Positions 12,611 through 35,500 of a stretch of 64,000 nt of DNA are shown here, in pieces. How positions within the stretch are numbered: the first letter of the stretch is position 1; each line of letters starts with the position of its first letter. This stretch comes from the human T2T-CHM13v2.0 reference genome, Homo sapiens. The notes beneath the pieces are model-generated. The model saw only the letters and a list, made by a program, of their open reading frames with translations, was not told the DNA's origin and ran no database searches. Position numbers and translations under genes: made by a program. The stretch is from NCBI RefSeq assembly GCF_009914755.1, contig NC_060944.1. One strand, 5' to 3'.

Positions 12611-13849
12611 GAGCACTTTGAGGCCTATGGTGGAAAAGTAAATATCTTTACATAAAACCTAGACAGAAGCATTCTGAGAAACTTCTTTGTGATGTGTGCG
12701 TTCTTCTCACAGAGTTGAATCTTACTTTTTATTGAGCAGTTTGGAAACACTCTTTTTGTAGAATTTGCAAGTGGACATTTGGAGGGATTTGAGGCATATT
12801 TAAAAAAAATCTTCACATGAAAACTAGATAGAAGCATTCTGACAAACTTCTTTGTGATATGTGCATTCATCTCAAAGAGTTGAAACTTTCTTTTGATTCA
12901 GCAGTTTTGAAACACCCTTTTTATACTATCTGTAAGTGGACATTTGGCGTGCATTGAGGCCTATGATGGAAAAGGATATATCTTCACAATAACTAGACAG
13001 AAGCATTCTGACAAATTTCTTTGTGATGTGTGCATTCGTCTCACAGGTTTGAACCTTTGATTTGATTGAACAGCTTTGAAACACGTTGTACAATCTGCAT
13101 GTGGAAATTTGGAGTGCTTCGAAGCCTATGGTGGAAAAGGGAATATCTTCATATAAAAACTATACAGAAACATTCTGACAAACTTCTTTGTGATGTGTGC
13201 ATTCATCTCACAGATTTGAAACTTTCTTTTCATTGAGCTGTTTTGAAACACGTTTTTGTAGAATCTGCAAGTGTATATTTGGAGAGTTTTCAGGCCTACG
13301 GTGGAAAAGGAAATATCATCACATAAAAACTAGACAGAAGCATTCTGAGAAACTTATCTGTGATGTGTGCATTCACCTCACAGTGTTGAAATTTTCTTTT
13401 GATTGAGCAGTATGGAAAAACTATTTTTGCAGAATCTGCAGGTGGACATTTTGAGTACTGTGAGGCCTAGTGTGGAAAAGGAAACATCTTCACATTAAAA
13501 CTAGACAGAATCATTCTGACAAACTTCTTTGGGATGTGTGCATTCACCTGACAGAGTTGGAACTTTCTTTTGATTGATCAGTTTTGAAACACATTTTGTA
13601 GAATTTGCAAGAGGATATTTGGAGAGCTTTGAGGCATATGGTGGAAAAGAAAATATCTTCACTTAAGTGCTAGACGGAAGCATTCTGAAAACCTTCTTTG
13701 TGATGTGTGCATTCATCTCACAGAAGTGAACCTTAGTTTTGACTGAACTGTTTTGAAACACTCTTGTTGTAGAATCTACAATAGGACATTTGGAGCGCTT
13801 TGAGGACTATGGTGGAAAAGGAAATATCCTCACATAAAAACTACTCAGA

Positions 13850-15200
13850 AGATTTCTGACAAACTTCTTTGTGAGGTGTGCATTCATCTCACAGAGTTGA
13901 ACTTTACTTTCAATTGAGCAGTTTTGAAACACTCTTTTTGTAGAATCTGCAGGTGGACATCTGGGGTGCTTTGAGAACTAAGTTGGAAAATGAGATATCT
14001 TTACATAATAAATAGAAGCATTCTGAGAAACTACTTTGTGATGTGTGCATTCATCTCACAGAGTTGAAACTTTCTTTTGATTGAGCAGCTTTGAAACACT
14101 TTTTTGGTAGACCCTGCAAGTGGACATTTGGACTGCTATGAGGTCTATGGTGGAAAAGTACATATCTTAACATAAAATCTCTACAGAAATATTCTGAGGA
14201 ACTTCTTTGTGATGTGTGCATTCATCTCACAAAGCTGAAACTTTCTTTTGATTGAGCAGTTTTGGAACACTCTTTTTGTAGTATCTGAAAGTGTACATTT
14301 GGATCGCTTTGGGGCCTATGGTGGAAAAGGAAATATCTTCACATAAAAACTAGACAGAATCATTCTGTGAAAATTCTTTGTGATATGTGCATTCATCTTA
14401 GAGAGTTGAACCTTTCTTTCGATTGAGCAGTTTTGAAAAACTCATTTTTAGAATCTGCAATTGGTCATTTGGAGCGCTTTCAGGCCTATGGTGGAAAAGG
14501 AAATATCTTCACATAAAACTAGACAGAAGAATTCTGACAAACTTCTTTGTGAGGTGTGCATTCAACTCACAGAGTGGAACTTTACTTTCGATTGAGCAGT
14601 TTTGAAACATTCTTTTTGTAGAATCTGCAGGTGGACGTCTGGAGTGCTTTAAGACCTAAGTTGGAAAAAGAGATATCTTCACATAATAAATAGAAGCATT
14701 CTGAGAAACTACTTTGTGATGTGTGCATTCATCTCACAGAGTTGAAACTTTCTTTTGATTGAGTAGCTTTGAAACACTCTTTTGGTAGACCCTGCAAGTG
14801 GACATTTGGAGTGCTATGAGGTCTATGGTGGAAAAGTAAATATCTTAACATAAAATCTCTACAGAAACATTCTGAAAAACTTCTTTGTGATGTGTGCATT
14901 CATCTCACAAAGCTGAAACTTTCTTTTGATTGAGCAGTTTTGGAACACTCTTTTTGTAGTATCTGAAAGTGTACATTTGGATCGCTTTGGGGCCTATGGT
15001 GGAAAAGGAAATATCTTCACATAAAAACAAGATATAATCATTCTGAGAAAATTCTTTGTGATATGTGTATTCATCTTAAAGAGTTGAACCTTTCTTTTGA
15101 TTGAGCAGTTTTGAAAAACTCATTTGTAGAATCTGCAATTGGTCATTTAGAACGCTTAGAGGTCTATGGTGGAAAAGGAAATATCTTGAAATAAAAACTA
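13850..15200 (+). repeat. Tandem duplication of a 4-monomer unit (~678 bp)
   Basis: Private variants repeat at a ~678-bp offset: ACATAATAAATAGAAGCATTC at ~14003 and ~14681, and AAATCTCTACAGAAA at ~14175 and ~14853. Confidence 0.88.
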
Positions 15201-18200
15201 GACAGAAGCATTCTGAGAAACTTCCTTATGATGTGTGCACTCACCTCACAGACTCGAAACTTTCTTTTGATTGAGCAGTTTGGAAACACTCTTTTTGTAG
15301 AATCTGCAAGCGGACATTTGGAGTGCTATACTGCCTATAGTGGAAAAGGTAATATCTTCACATAAAAACTAGACAGAAACATTCTCAGCAACTCCTTTGT
15401 CATGTGTACATTCACGTGACAGAGTTGAAATTTTCTTATGTTGAGCAGTTTTGAAACATTCTTTTTTAGAATCTGCAAGTGGATATTTGGAGTGCTTTGA
15501 GGCCTTTTTTGGAAAAGGAAATAGCTTCACATGAAAACTAGACAGAAGCATTCTGAGAAAATTCTTTGTGATGTATCCATGAATCTCACAGAGTTGGAGA
15601 TTTTTCGATTGAGCAGTTTTGAAATACTCCTTTTGTAGAATCTACAGGTGGACACTTTGAGAGCTTTGAGGCCTTTGGTAGAAAAGGAAACATCTTCACA
15701 TAAAATCTAGACAGAAGCAAACTGAGAAACTTCTTTGCGATGTGTGCATTCATCTCACATACTTAAAACTTCCTTTGATTGAGCATTTTGGAAATGCACT
15801 ATTGGTAGAATCTGCAAGTGGACATTTGGAGCGCTTTGAGGCCTACGGTGGAAAAGGAAATATCTTTGCATAAAATCTAGAGAGAAGCAATCTGAGAAAC
15901 TTCTTTGTGATGTGTGCATTCATCTCAGAGAGTGAAACCTTCCTTTTCATTGAGCAGTTCTGAAACTCTTTTTGTTGAATCTGCAATAAGAAATTGGGAG
16001 TGCTTTAAGGCCTATGGTGGAAAAGGAAATATCTTCCCATAAAAACAAGACAGCAGAAATCTGAGAAATTTTTTTGTGGTGTGTGCGTTCATCTCACAGA
16101 GTTGAACCTTTCTTTTGATTGAGCAGTTTTCAAACACTCTTTTTGTAGAATCTGCAAGTGGACATTTGGAGCGCTTTGCAGCCTATGGTAACAAAGGAAA
16201 TGTCTTCACATAAAATCTAGACAGAAGCAATCTGAGAAGCTTCTTTCTGATGTGTGCATTCACCTCACAGAGTTAAACATTTCTTTTGATGAAGCAGTTT
16301 TGAAACTCTCTTTTTGTAGATTCTGCAACTGGACATTTGGAGTGATATGCAGTCTATAGTGGAAAAGGAAATACCTTCACATGAAAACTAAACAGAAGAA
16401 TTCTGAGAAACTTCTTTGTGATTCGTACGTTCATCATACAGAGTTGAACCTTTCTTCTGATGGAGCAGTTTTGAAACTCTCTTTTTGTAGAATCTGCAAG
16501 TGGACGTTTGGAGCACTTTCAAGCCTATGGTGTAAAAGGAAATATCTTCAAATGAAAACCAGGTAGAAGCTTTCTGAGAAACTTCCTTATGATATGTGCA
16601 TTCATCTCCCTGAGTTGAGCATTTCTTTTGAAGGACCAGTTTTGAAATACTCTTTTTGTATAATCTGCAAGTGGACATTTCGAGCGTCTTGAGGCCTATG
16701 GTGAAAAAGAAAATATCTTCACATAAAAACTGGACAGAAGCATTCTGAGGAACCTCTTTGTGATGTGTGCATTCATATCTCAAATTTGAATCTTTCTTTT
16801 GAAGGACCACTTTTGAAATCCTCTTTTTGAAGAATCTGCAAGCGGACATTTCGTGCACCTTGAGGCCTATGCTGGAAAAGGAAATATCTTCACATAAAAT
16901 CTAGACAGAAGCAATCTGAGAAACTTCCTTGTGATGTGTTCATTTATCTCACAGAGTTAAACCTTTCTTTTGATTGAGCAGTTTTGAAACTCTCTTTTTG
17001 TAGAATCTGTAAGTGGACATTTGGTGTGATTTGAAGCCTATGGTGGAAAAGGAAATATCTTCACATAAAAACCAGATAGAAATATTCTGAGAAACTTCTT
17101 TGTGATGTGTGCATTCATCTCAAGAGTTGAACCTTTCTTTTGAAGGACCAGTTTTGAAATACACTTTTTGTAGAATCTGCAAGTGGACATTTCAAGCGCC
17201 TTGAGGCCTATGGTGGAAAAGAAAATATCTTCACATAAAAACCAGACAGAAGAATTCTGAGAAACTTCCTTGTTATGTGTGCGTTCATCTTACAGAGTTG
17301 AACCTTTCTTTTCAATGAGCAGTTTGGAAACACTACATTTTTAGAACCTGCAAGTGGAGATTTGGAGTGCTTTGTGGCCTATGGTAGAAAAGGAAATATC
17401 TTCACATAAAATCTACACAGAAGAAATCTGAGAAATTTCTTCATGATGTGTGCATTCATCTCCCAGAATTTAAGCTTTCTTTTGATGGATCAGTTTTGAA
17501 ATACTCTTTTTGTTGAATCTGCAAGTGGACATTTTGAGCACCTTGAGGCCTATTGTGAAAAATGTAATACCTTCACATAAAAACTAGACAGAAGAATTCT
17601 GAGAAACTTCTTTGTGATGCATGCATTCATCTCACAGAGTTGAACATTTCTTTTGATTGAGCAGTTTGGAAACACTCTTTTTGTTGAATCTGAAAGTGGA
17701 CATTTTGTGCACTTTGCAGTCTACGGTAGAAAAGGAAATATCTTCACATAAAATCTAGACAGAAGCAACATGAGAAACTTCTTTGTGATGTGTGCATTCA
17801 TTTCACAGAGTTAAAACCTTTTTTTAATTGAGCAGTTTTGAAACTCTCTTTTTGTAGAATCTGGACGTAGACAAGTGCAGCGTTTTCAGGCCTATGGTGG
17901 AAAAGGAAATATCTTCACATAAAAACTAGGCAGAAGAAATCTGAGAAACTTCTTTGTGATATATCCGTTCATCTCACAGAGTTGTAACTTTCTTTTCATT
18001 GAGCAGTTTGGAAATATAATTTTTGTAGAATCTGAAAGTGGACATTAGGAGCGCTTTGCAGCCTATGGTAGAAAAGGAAATATCTTCACATAAAATCTAG
18101 ACAGAAGCAATCTGAGAAAATTCTTCCTGATGTGTGCATTCATCTCACAGAGTTAAACCTTTCTTTTGTTTGAGCAGTTTTGAAACTCTTTTTGTAGAAT

Positions 18201-21200
18201 CTGCAAGTGGACATTTGGAGCACTTTGTGGTCTATGGTAGAAAAGGAAATATCTTCACATAAAATCTAGACAGAAGCCATCTGGGAAACTTCTCTGTCAT
18301 GTCTACGTTCATCTCACAGAGTTAAAATTTCCTTTGAATGAGCAGTTTTGAAACTTTCTTTTGTAAAATCTGCAAGTGGATATTTGGAGTGCTTTGAGAC
18401 CTATGATAAGAAAGTATATATCTTCACATAAAATCTAGACAGAAGCAATCTGAGAAACTTCTTTGTGATGTGTGCATTCATGTCACAGAGTTAAACTTTT
18501 CTTTTGATTGAGCAGTTTTGAATTTCTCTTTTGTAGAACCTGCAAGGGGAGATTAAGATCCCTTTGAGGCCTATGGTGGAAAGCGAAATATCTTCACATG
18601 AAAACTAGACAGAAGAATTCTGAGTAACTTCTTTGTGAAGCATGCGTTCATCTCACAGAGTTGAACCTTTCTTTTGATTGAGCAGTTTGGAGACACTCTT
18701 TTGTAAAATCTCCCAGTGGACTTTTGGAGCACTTTGCGGCCTACGGTAGAAAAGGAAATATATTCAAATAAAATCTTGACAGAAGCAATGTTTGAAACTT
18801 CTCTGTGATGTGTGCATTCATCTCACTGAGTGAATCCTTTCTTTTGATTGAGCAGTTTTGAAACTCTCTTTTTGTTCAATCTGCAATTGGACATTGGGAG
18901 AACTTTGAGGCCTAAGGTGGAAAAGGAAATATCTTTACATAAAAACCAGACAGAAGAATTCTGAGAAACTTCTTTTTTATGTGTGCATTCATCTGACAGA
19001 GTTGAACCTTTGTTTGAATGAGCAGTATGGAAACACTCTTTCTGTGGAATCTGCAAGTGGACATTTGGAGCATTTTACAGCCTATGGTAGAAAAGGAAAT
19101 ATCTACACATAAAATCAAGACAGAAACTATCTGAAAAACTCCTTTGTGACGTGTGCATTCATATTCCAGAGTTAAACCTTTCTTTTGATTGAGCAGTTTT
19201 GAAATCCCTTTTTGTGTAATCTGCAAGGGGACATTTGCAGGGCTTTGAGGCTGATGGTGGAAAACGAAATATCTTCAATGAAAACTAGACAGAAGCCTTC
19301 TGAATAACTTCTTCGTGATGTGTGCATTCATCTCCCATAGTTGAAACTTTCTATTCATGGACCAGTTTTGAAATACTCTTTTTGTAGAATCTGCAATTTG
19401 ACATTATGAGCACCTTGAGGTCTATAGAGGGAAAAGAAATACTTTCACATAAAAACGAGACGGAAGAATTCTGAGAAACTTCTTTGAGATTTGTGCATTC
19501 ATATCACAGAGTTGAATCTTTCTTCTGATTGAGCAGTTTGGAAACACTCTTTTTGTAGAATCTGCCAGTGGACATTTTGTGTGCTTTGCGGCCTATGGTA
19601 GAAAAGGAAATCTCTTCACAGAAAATCAAGACAGAAGCAATCTGAGAAATTTCTTTGTGATGTGTGCATTCATCCCACACAGTGAAAATTTCTTTTAATG
19701 GAGTAGTTTTGAAATTTTCTTTTTGTGGAATCTGCAAATTGACATTGGGAGCTCTTTGAGGCCTAAGGTGGAAAAGGAAATATGTTCACATAAAAACTAG
19801 ACAGAAGAATTCTGAGAAACTTCTTTGTGATGTGTGCATTCATCTCAAAAAGTTGAATCTTTCTTTTGATGGACCAAGTTTGAAATACTCCTTTTGTATA
19901 ATCTGCCAGGGAGCATTTCGAGCGCCTTGTGTCCTATGGTGGAAAATGAAATATCTTCACATCAAAACTAAACAGAAGCATTCTGATAAACTTTTTTGTG
20001 ATGCTTGCGTTTATCTCACAGGGTTGAACCTTTCCTCTGATTGAGCAGTTTGGAAACACTGTTTTTGTAGAATCTGCAAGGGGACATTTGGAGCGCTTTT
20101 TGTTCTATGGTGGAAAAGGAAATAACTTCACATAAGATCTAGACAGAAACCGTCTGAGAAACATTTTGTGATGTGTGCATTGATCTCACAGATTTAAACC
20201 TTTCTTTTGTTTGAGGAGTTTTCAAACTCTCTTTTTATAGTATCTGCAAGTGGACATTTGGAGCCCTTTGTGGTCTATGATGGAAACAGAAATATCTTCA
20301 CATAAAAACTAGACAGAAGATTTCTGAGAAACTTATTTGTGATGTGTGCATACATCTGACAGTGTTAAACCGTTCTTTTGATTAAGCAGTTTTGAAATAC
20401 ACTTTTTGTAGAATCTGAAAGTGGACATTTCGAGCACCTTGAGGCCTATGGTGGTAAATGAAATATCTTCACATAAAATCTAGACAGAAGAATTCTGAGA
20501 AACTACTTTGTGATGTGTGCATTTATCTCACAGTGTTAACCGTTTCTTTTGATTGAGCACTTTGGAAACTCTCTTTTTGCAGAACCTGTAAGTGGACATT
20601 TGGAGCACTTTGAGGCCTATGGTGGAAAAGGAAGAATCTTCACATAAAACCTAGATAGAAGCATTCTGAGAAGCTTCTTTTTGATGTGTGCATTCATCTC
20701 TTAGTGTTGAACCTTTGTTTTGATGGACCAGTTTTGAATTCCTCTTTTTGTGGAATCTGCAAGGGCACATTTTGATTGCCTTGAGGCTTCTGGTGCAAAA
20801 GGAAATATCTTCACATTAAAACTGGACAGAAGAATTCTGAGAAACTTCTTTGTGATGTGTGCCTTCATCTCAGAGAGTTAACCTTTCTTCTGATTGAGCA
20901 GTTTGGAAACTCTCTTTTTGAAGAATCTACAACTGGACATTTTGAGCGGTTTGTGACGCATGGTAGAAAAGGAAATATCATCACATAAAATCTAGACAGA
21001 AGAAATCTTAGAAACTTCTTTGTGATGCAAGCATTCATCTCACAGAGTTGAACCTTTCTTTTGATTGAGCAGTTTTGAAAAACTCTTTATGTAGAATCTG
21101 CAAGGGGACATTAAAAGCACTTCGGGTTCTATGGTAGAAAAGGAAATAACTTCACATAAAATCTAGACAGAAACAATCTGAGAAACATTTTGTGATGTGT

Positions 21201-22349
21201 GCATTCATCTCACAGAGTTAAACCTTCCTTTTGGTTGAGCAGTTTTGGCAGTCTCTTTTTGTAGAATCTGCAAGTGGACATTTGGAGTGCTTTTAGGCCT
21301 GTGGAAGAAAAGGAAATATCTTCACATAGAAAGTAGACAGAAGAATTCTGAGAAAATTCTTTGTGATGCCAGCGTTCATCTGGCAGAGTTGAACCTTTCT
21401 TTTGATTGAGCAGATTGGAAACACTCTTTTTGTAGAATCTGCAAGTGGATATTCAGAGCGCTTTGCGGCCTGTGGTAGAAAAGGAATTATCTTCACATAA
21501 AATCTACACAGAAGCAATCTGAGGAAGGTCTTTTTGTTTTGTACATTCATCTCACAGAGTTAAACATTTCTTTTGATTGAGCAGTTTTAAAACTCTCTTT
21601 TTATAAAATCTGCAAGTGGACATTTGGAGCACCTCGAGGCCAATGGTGCAAAAGAAAATATCTTCACATAAAAACTAGATAGAAGCATTCTGAGAAACCT
21701 CTTGGTGATGTTTGCATTCATTTCCTAGAGTTGAACATTTCTATTGATGGATCACTTTTGAAATAATGTTTTTGTAGAATTTGCAATTGGACATTTCGAG
21801 CACCTTGAGGCCTATTGTGGAAAATGAAATATCCTCACAAAAAAACTAGAGAGAAGTATTCTGAGCAACTTCTATGTGATGTGTGTGTTCGTCTCACAGA
21901 GTTGAACCATTCTTTAGATTGAGAAGTTTGGAAACTGTCTTTTTGTAGAATCTGCAAGTGGACATTTGGAGTGCTTTGCCACCTATGGTAGCAAAGGGAC
22001 TATCTTCACATAAAATCTGGACATAAGAAATCAGAGAAACTTCTTTGTGATGTGTGCATTCACCTCAGAGTGTTAAAGCTTTCTTTTGATTGAGAAGTTT
22101 TGAAACTCTCTTTTTGTAGAATCTGCAAGTGGATATTTGGAGGGCTTCAAGGCCTCTGGTGGAAATGAAAATATCTTCAGATAAAAACTAGACAGAAGAA
22201 TTCTGAGAAACTTCTTTGTGATGTGTGCGTTCATCTCACAGAGTTGAACCTTTCTTTTGATTGAGCAGTTTGGAAACACTCTTTTTGTGGATCTGCAAGT
22301 GGGCATTTGGAGTTCTTTGGGGCCTATGGTAGGAAAGAAAATATCTTCA

Positions 22350-28200
<5,851 letters not shown>

Positions 28201-30243
28201 AGATTTAAATATTTCTTTTGATTGAGCAGTTTTGAAACTCTCTTTTGTAGAATCTACAAGTGGACATTTGGAGGTCTTTGAGGCCTATGATGGAAAAGGA
28301 AATATATTCACATGAAAACCAGATAGAATAATTCTGACGAACTTCTTCTTGATGTGTGCGTTCATCTCACAGAGGTGAACTTTTCTTTTGATAGAGCAGT
28401 TTCAAAACACTCTTTTTTTAGAATCTGTAAGTGGATATTTTGAGCGATTTGCGGCCTATGGTAGAAAGAATGAAATATCCAACATAAAATCTACACAGAA
28501 TCAATCTGAGAAACTTTTTTGTGATGTGGGTATTCATCTCACATAGTTGAGTCTTTCTTTTGATGGAGCAGTTTTGAAACTCTCTTTTTGTAGAATCTGC
28601 AAGTGGACATTTGGAGCGCTTTGTGGCCTATGTTAGAAAAGGCAATATCTTCACATAAAATCTAGACTGAAGCAATTTGAGAAACTTCTTTGTGATATGT
28701 GCATTCATCTCACAGAGTTAAACTTTTCTTTTGGTTGAGCCGTTTTGAAACTCTCTTTCTCTGGAATCTGCAAGTGGACATTTGGAGCGCTTTGAGGCCT
28801 ATGGTGGAGTAGGAAGTATCTTCACATAAAAACTAGACAGAAGAATGCTGAGAAACTGCTTTGTGATGTGTACGTTTATACCACAGAGCTGAACCTTTCT
28901 TTTGATTATGCAGTTTGGAAACACTCTTTGTAGAATCTGGAAGTGGATATTTGGAGTGCTTAGCAGGCTATGGTAGAAAAGGAAATACCTTCCCATAAAA
29001 TCTAGACACAAGCAATCTAAAAAACTTTGTGGTGTGTGCTTTCATCTCACAGTGTTAAAACTTTGTTTTTCTTGAGCAGTTTTGAAACCCTCTTTTTGTA
29101 GAATCTGCAAGTGGGCATTTGAAGCTCTTTGAGGCCTATGTTGGAAAAGGAAATATCTTCACATAAAAACCACATAGAAACATTCTGGGAAACTTCTTTG
29201 TAATGTGTGCCTTCGTCTCCCAGAGTTGAAACTTTCTTTTGATGTACTAGTTTTGAAGTACTCTTTTTGTAGAATCTGCAATTGGACATTTCTAGTGCCT
29301 TGAGGACTATGGTGGAAAATGAAATATCTACACAGAAAAACTAAACAGAAGAACTCTGAGAAACTTCTTTGTGATGTGTGAATTTATCTCACAGAGTTGA
29401 AACTTTCTTTAGATGGAGCAGTTTGGAAACCCTCTTTTTGTACAATCTGCAAGTGGACATTTGGACTGCTCTGTGGCCTATGGTAGAAAAGGAAATATCC
29501 TCACCTAAAATCTAGACAGAAACAACTCAGAAACTCTTTTGTGATGTGTTCATTTATCTCACAGAGTTAAACCTTTCTTTTGAATGAGCAGATTGGAAAC
29601 ACTCTTTTTGTAGTATCTGCAGTTGGACATTTGGAACACTTTGTGGCCTATGGTAGAAAAGGAAATACCTTCACATACAATCCAGACAGAAGCAATCTGG
29701 GAAACTTCTTTGTGATGTGTGCTTTCATCTCACAGAGTTGAACTTTTCTTTTGATTGAACAGTTTGGAAACTGCATGTAGACACTTGAAGCGATTTGTGG
29801 CCTATGGCAGAAAAGGAAATATCTTCACATAAAATCTAGACAGAGGCAATCTGAGAAACTTTTTCTGATGTGTGCATTCATCTCAGAGAGTTAAACATTT
29901 CTTTTGATTGAGGTGTTTTGAAACTCTCTGTTTGTAGAATCTGCAATTGGACGTTTGGAGCGATTTGAGGCCTATAGTGGGAAAGGAAATATCTCCACAT
30001 AAAAACTAGATGGAAGAATTCTTAGAAACTTCTTTGTGATGTGGACGTTCATCTCACAAAGTTGAAGCTTTCTTTTGACTGAGCAGCTTGGAAACACTCT
30101 TTTTGTAGAATCTGCAAGTGCACATTTGGAACGCTTTGGGGCCTATGGTAGAAAAGGAAATATCTTCACATAAAATCTAGACAGAAGCAATCTGAGTAAC
30201 TTCTTTGTGATGTATGCATTCATCTCACAGAGTTGAACCTTTC

Positions 30244-32540
<2,297 letters not shown>

Positions 32541-32543
<3 letters not shown>

Positions 32544-35500
32544 ACTTTCTTTTGATTCAGCAGTTTGGAAACACTCTTTTTGTAGATTCTGCAAGTGGAC
32601 GTTTGGAGCGCTTTGTGGCCTATATAGAAAAGGAAATATCTTCACATAAAATCTATACAGAAGCATTCTGAGAAACTTCTTTGAGATGTGTGAATTCATC
32701 TCACAGAGTTAAGCCTTTCTTTTGATTCAGCAGTTTGGAAACTCTCTATAAGTAGAATCTGCAAGTGGCCATTTGGAGTACTTGGAGGCCTATGGTGGAA
32801 AAGGAAATATCTTCACATAAAAACTAGAGAGAAGAATTCTGAGAAACCTCTTTGTGATGTGTGCGTTCATCTCACAGAGCTGAAACTTTATTTTGATTGA
32901 GCAGTATGGAAACAATGTTTTTGTAGAATCTGCAAGTGCATTTTTTGAGTGCTTTTTGGCCTATGGCAGAAAAGGAAATATCTTCACATAAAATCTAGAC
33001 AAAAGCAATCTGGGAAACATCTTTGTGATGTGTGCATTCATCACACAGAGTTAAACCTTTCTTTTGATTGAGCTGTTTTGAAATTCTCTTTCTGTAGAAT
33101 CTGCAAGGGGATATTTGGAGCGCTTTGAGGTCTACGGTGGAAAAGGAAATATCTTCACATAAATACCAGACAGAAGAATTCTGAGAAACTTCTTTGTGAT
33201 GTGTGCGTTCACATCACAGAGTTGAACCTTACTTTTGATAGAGCAGTTTGGAAACACTCTTTTTGTAGAATCTGCAAGTGGACATTTGGAGCACCTTGTG
33301 GCCTATGTTAGAAAAGGAAATTCCTTCACATAAAATCTAGACAGAAGCAATCTGAGAAACTACTTTGTGATGTGTGCACTTCTCTCACAGTGTTAAATAT
33401 TTCTTTTCATTGAGGAGTTTTCAGGCTCTCTTTCTGTAGAATATGCAAGTGGACATTTGAAGTGCTTTGAGTACTACGGTGGAAAAGGAAATATCTTCAC
33501 ATAAAAACTATATAGAAGAATTCTGAGAAACTTCCCTGTTAATTGTAGGTACATCTCACCGAGTTGAACCTTTCTTTTGATTCAGCATTTTTGAAACATT
33601 CTTTTAGCAGATTCTGCAAGTGGACATTTAGAGCGCTTTGCAGCCTATGTCAGAACAGATAAGATCTTCACATAATATCTAGACAGAAACAATCTGAGAA
33701 ACTCCTTTGTGATGTGTGCACTAACCTCAGAGAGTTAAAACTTTCCTTTGATTGAGGAGATTCAAAGCTCTCTTTTTGTAGAGTCTTCAAGGGGACATTT
33801 GGAACGATTTGAGGACCATGGCGGAAAAGGAAACATGTTAACATAAAAACTAGGCCGAAGAATTCTGAGAAACTTCTTGGTGATGTGTGCATTCATCTCA
33901 CAGAGTAGAACTTTCCTTTGACTGAGCAGTTTGGAAACACTCTTTTTGTGGAATCTGCAATTGGATATGTGGAGCGCTTTGCAGCCTATGGTAGTAAAAA
34001 AAAAATCTTCACATAAAATCTAGACAGAAACAATCTGAGAAACTTCTTTGAGATGTGTGCATTCAACTCACAGAGTTAAACCTTTTTTTTTGATTGAGCA
34101 GTTTGGAAACTCTTTTTTGTAGAAGCCGCAAGCAGACATTTGGAGTACTTTGAGGTGTATGATGGAAAAGGAAATATCTTCACATAAAAAGAAGACAGAA
34201 GAATTCTGAGAAACTGCTTTGTGTTGTGTGCATTCCTCTCACGGAGTTGAAACTTTCTTTTGATTGAGCAGTATGTAGACACTATTTTTGTAGAATCCGC
34301 AAGTGGACATTTGGAGTGCTTTGTGGCCATGGTGGAAAAGGAAATATCTTAAAATAAAAAATAGGCAGAAGAATTCTGAGAAACTCCTTTGTGATGTGTG
34401 TGTTAATCTCACAAAGTTGAACCTTTCCTTCAGTTGAGCAGTTTGGAAACACTCTTTTTGTAGAATCTGCAACTGGACATTTGGAGTGCTTTGTGGCCTA
34501 TGGTAGAAAAGGAAAAATCTTCACTTAAAACCTAGACAGTAGCAATGTGAGAAACTTCTTTGAGAAGTATGCATTCATCCCACAGAGTTAAAACTTTCTT
34601 TTGATTGAGCAGTTTTGAAACTCTCTTTTTGTAGAATCTGCAAGTGGATGTTTGGAGTACTTGGAGGCCTATGGTGGAAAAGGAAACATCTTCATATAAA
34701 AACTAGAGAGAAGAATTCTGAGAAACCTCTTTGTGATATGTGCGTTCATCTCATGGAGTTGAAACTTTCTTTTGATTGAGCAGTATGGAAACAATGTTTT
34801 TGTAGAATCTGCAAGTGCATATTTGGAGTGCTTTGCGGCCAATGGCAGAAAAGAAAATATCTTCACAAAAAATCTAGACAAAAGCAATCTGCGAAACTTC
34901 TTTGTTATGTGTGTATTCATCTCACAGAGTTAAACCTTTCTTTTGATTGAGCAGTTTTGAAATTCTCTTTCTGTAGAATCTGCAAGTGGACATTTGGAGC
35001 ACTTTGAGGTCTATGGTAGAAAAGGAAATATCTTCACATAAATACTAGACAGAAGAATTCTGAGAAACTTCTTTGTGATGTGTGCATTTACCTCACAGAG
35101 TTGAACCTTTCTTTTGATAGAGCAGTTTGGAAACACTCTTTCTGTAGAATCTGCAAGTGGACATTTAGTTCACCTTGTCGCCTATGTTAAAAAAGGAAAT
35201 ACCTTCACATAAAATCTAGACAGAAGCAATCTGAGAAACTAATTTGCGATGTGTGCATTCATCTCACTGTGTTAAATATTTCTTTTCATTGAGGAGTTTT
35301 CAGGCTCTCTTTCTGTAGAATATGCAAGTGGACATTTGAAGCGCTTTGAGGACTATGGCAGAAAACGAAATATCTTCACATAAAAACTAGATAGAAGAAT
35401 TCTAAGAAACTTCCCTGTTATGTGTAGGTACATCTCACCGAGTTGAACCTATCTTTTGATTCAGCATTTTGGAAACAATCTTTTAGTAGATTCTGCAAGT

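Noticed and set aside
3373-12613. GATTGGAG as a true TSD of the whole satellite block
   Set aside because: The 8-mer is common inside the satellite, and the flanks are opposite in orientation and differ in type, so this is not a simple insertion.
3284-12641. Long ORFs up to 648 aa (HSIPF/HSTPL and MEWNG/VEWSG repeats)
   Set aside because: They are a consequence of stop-poor CATTC/CACTC pentamers and are open in several frames on both strands. There is no gene structure.
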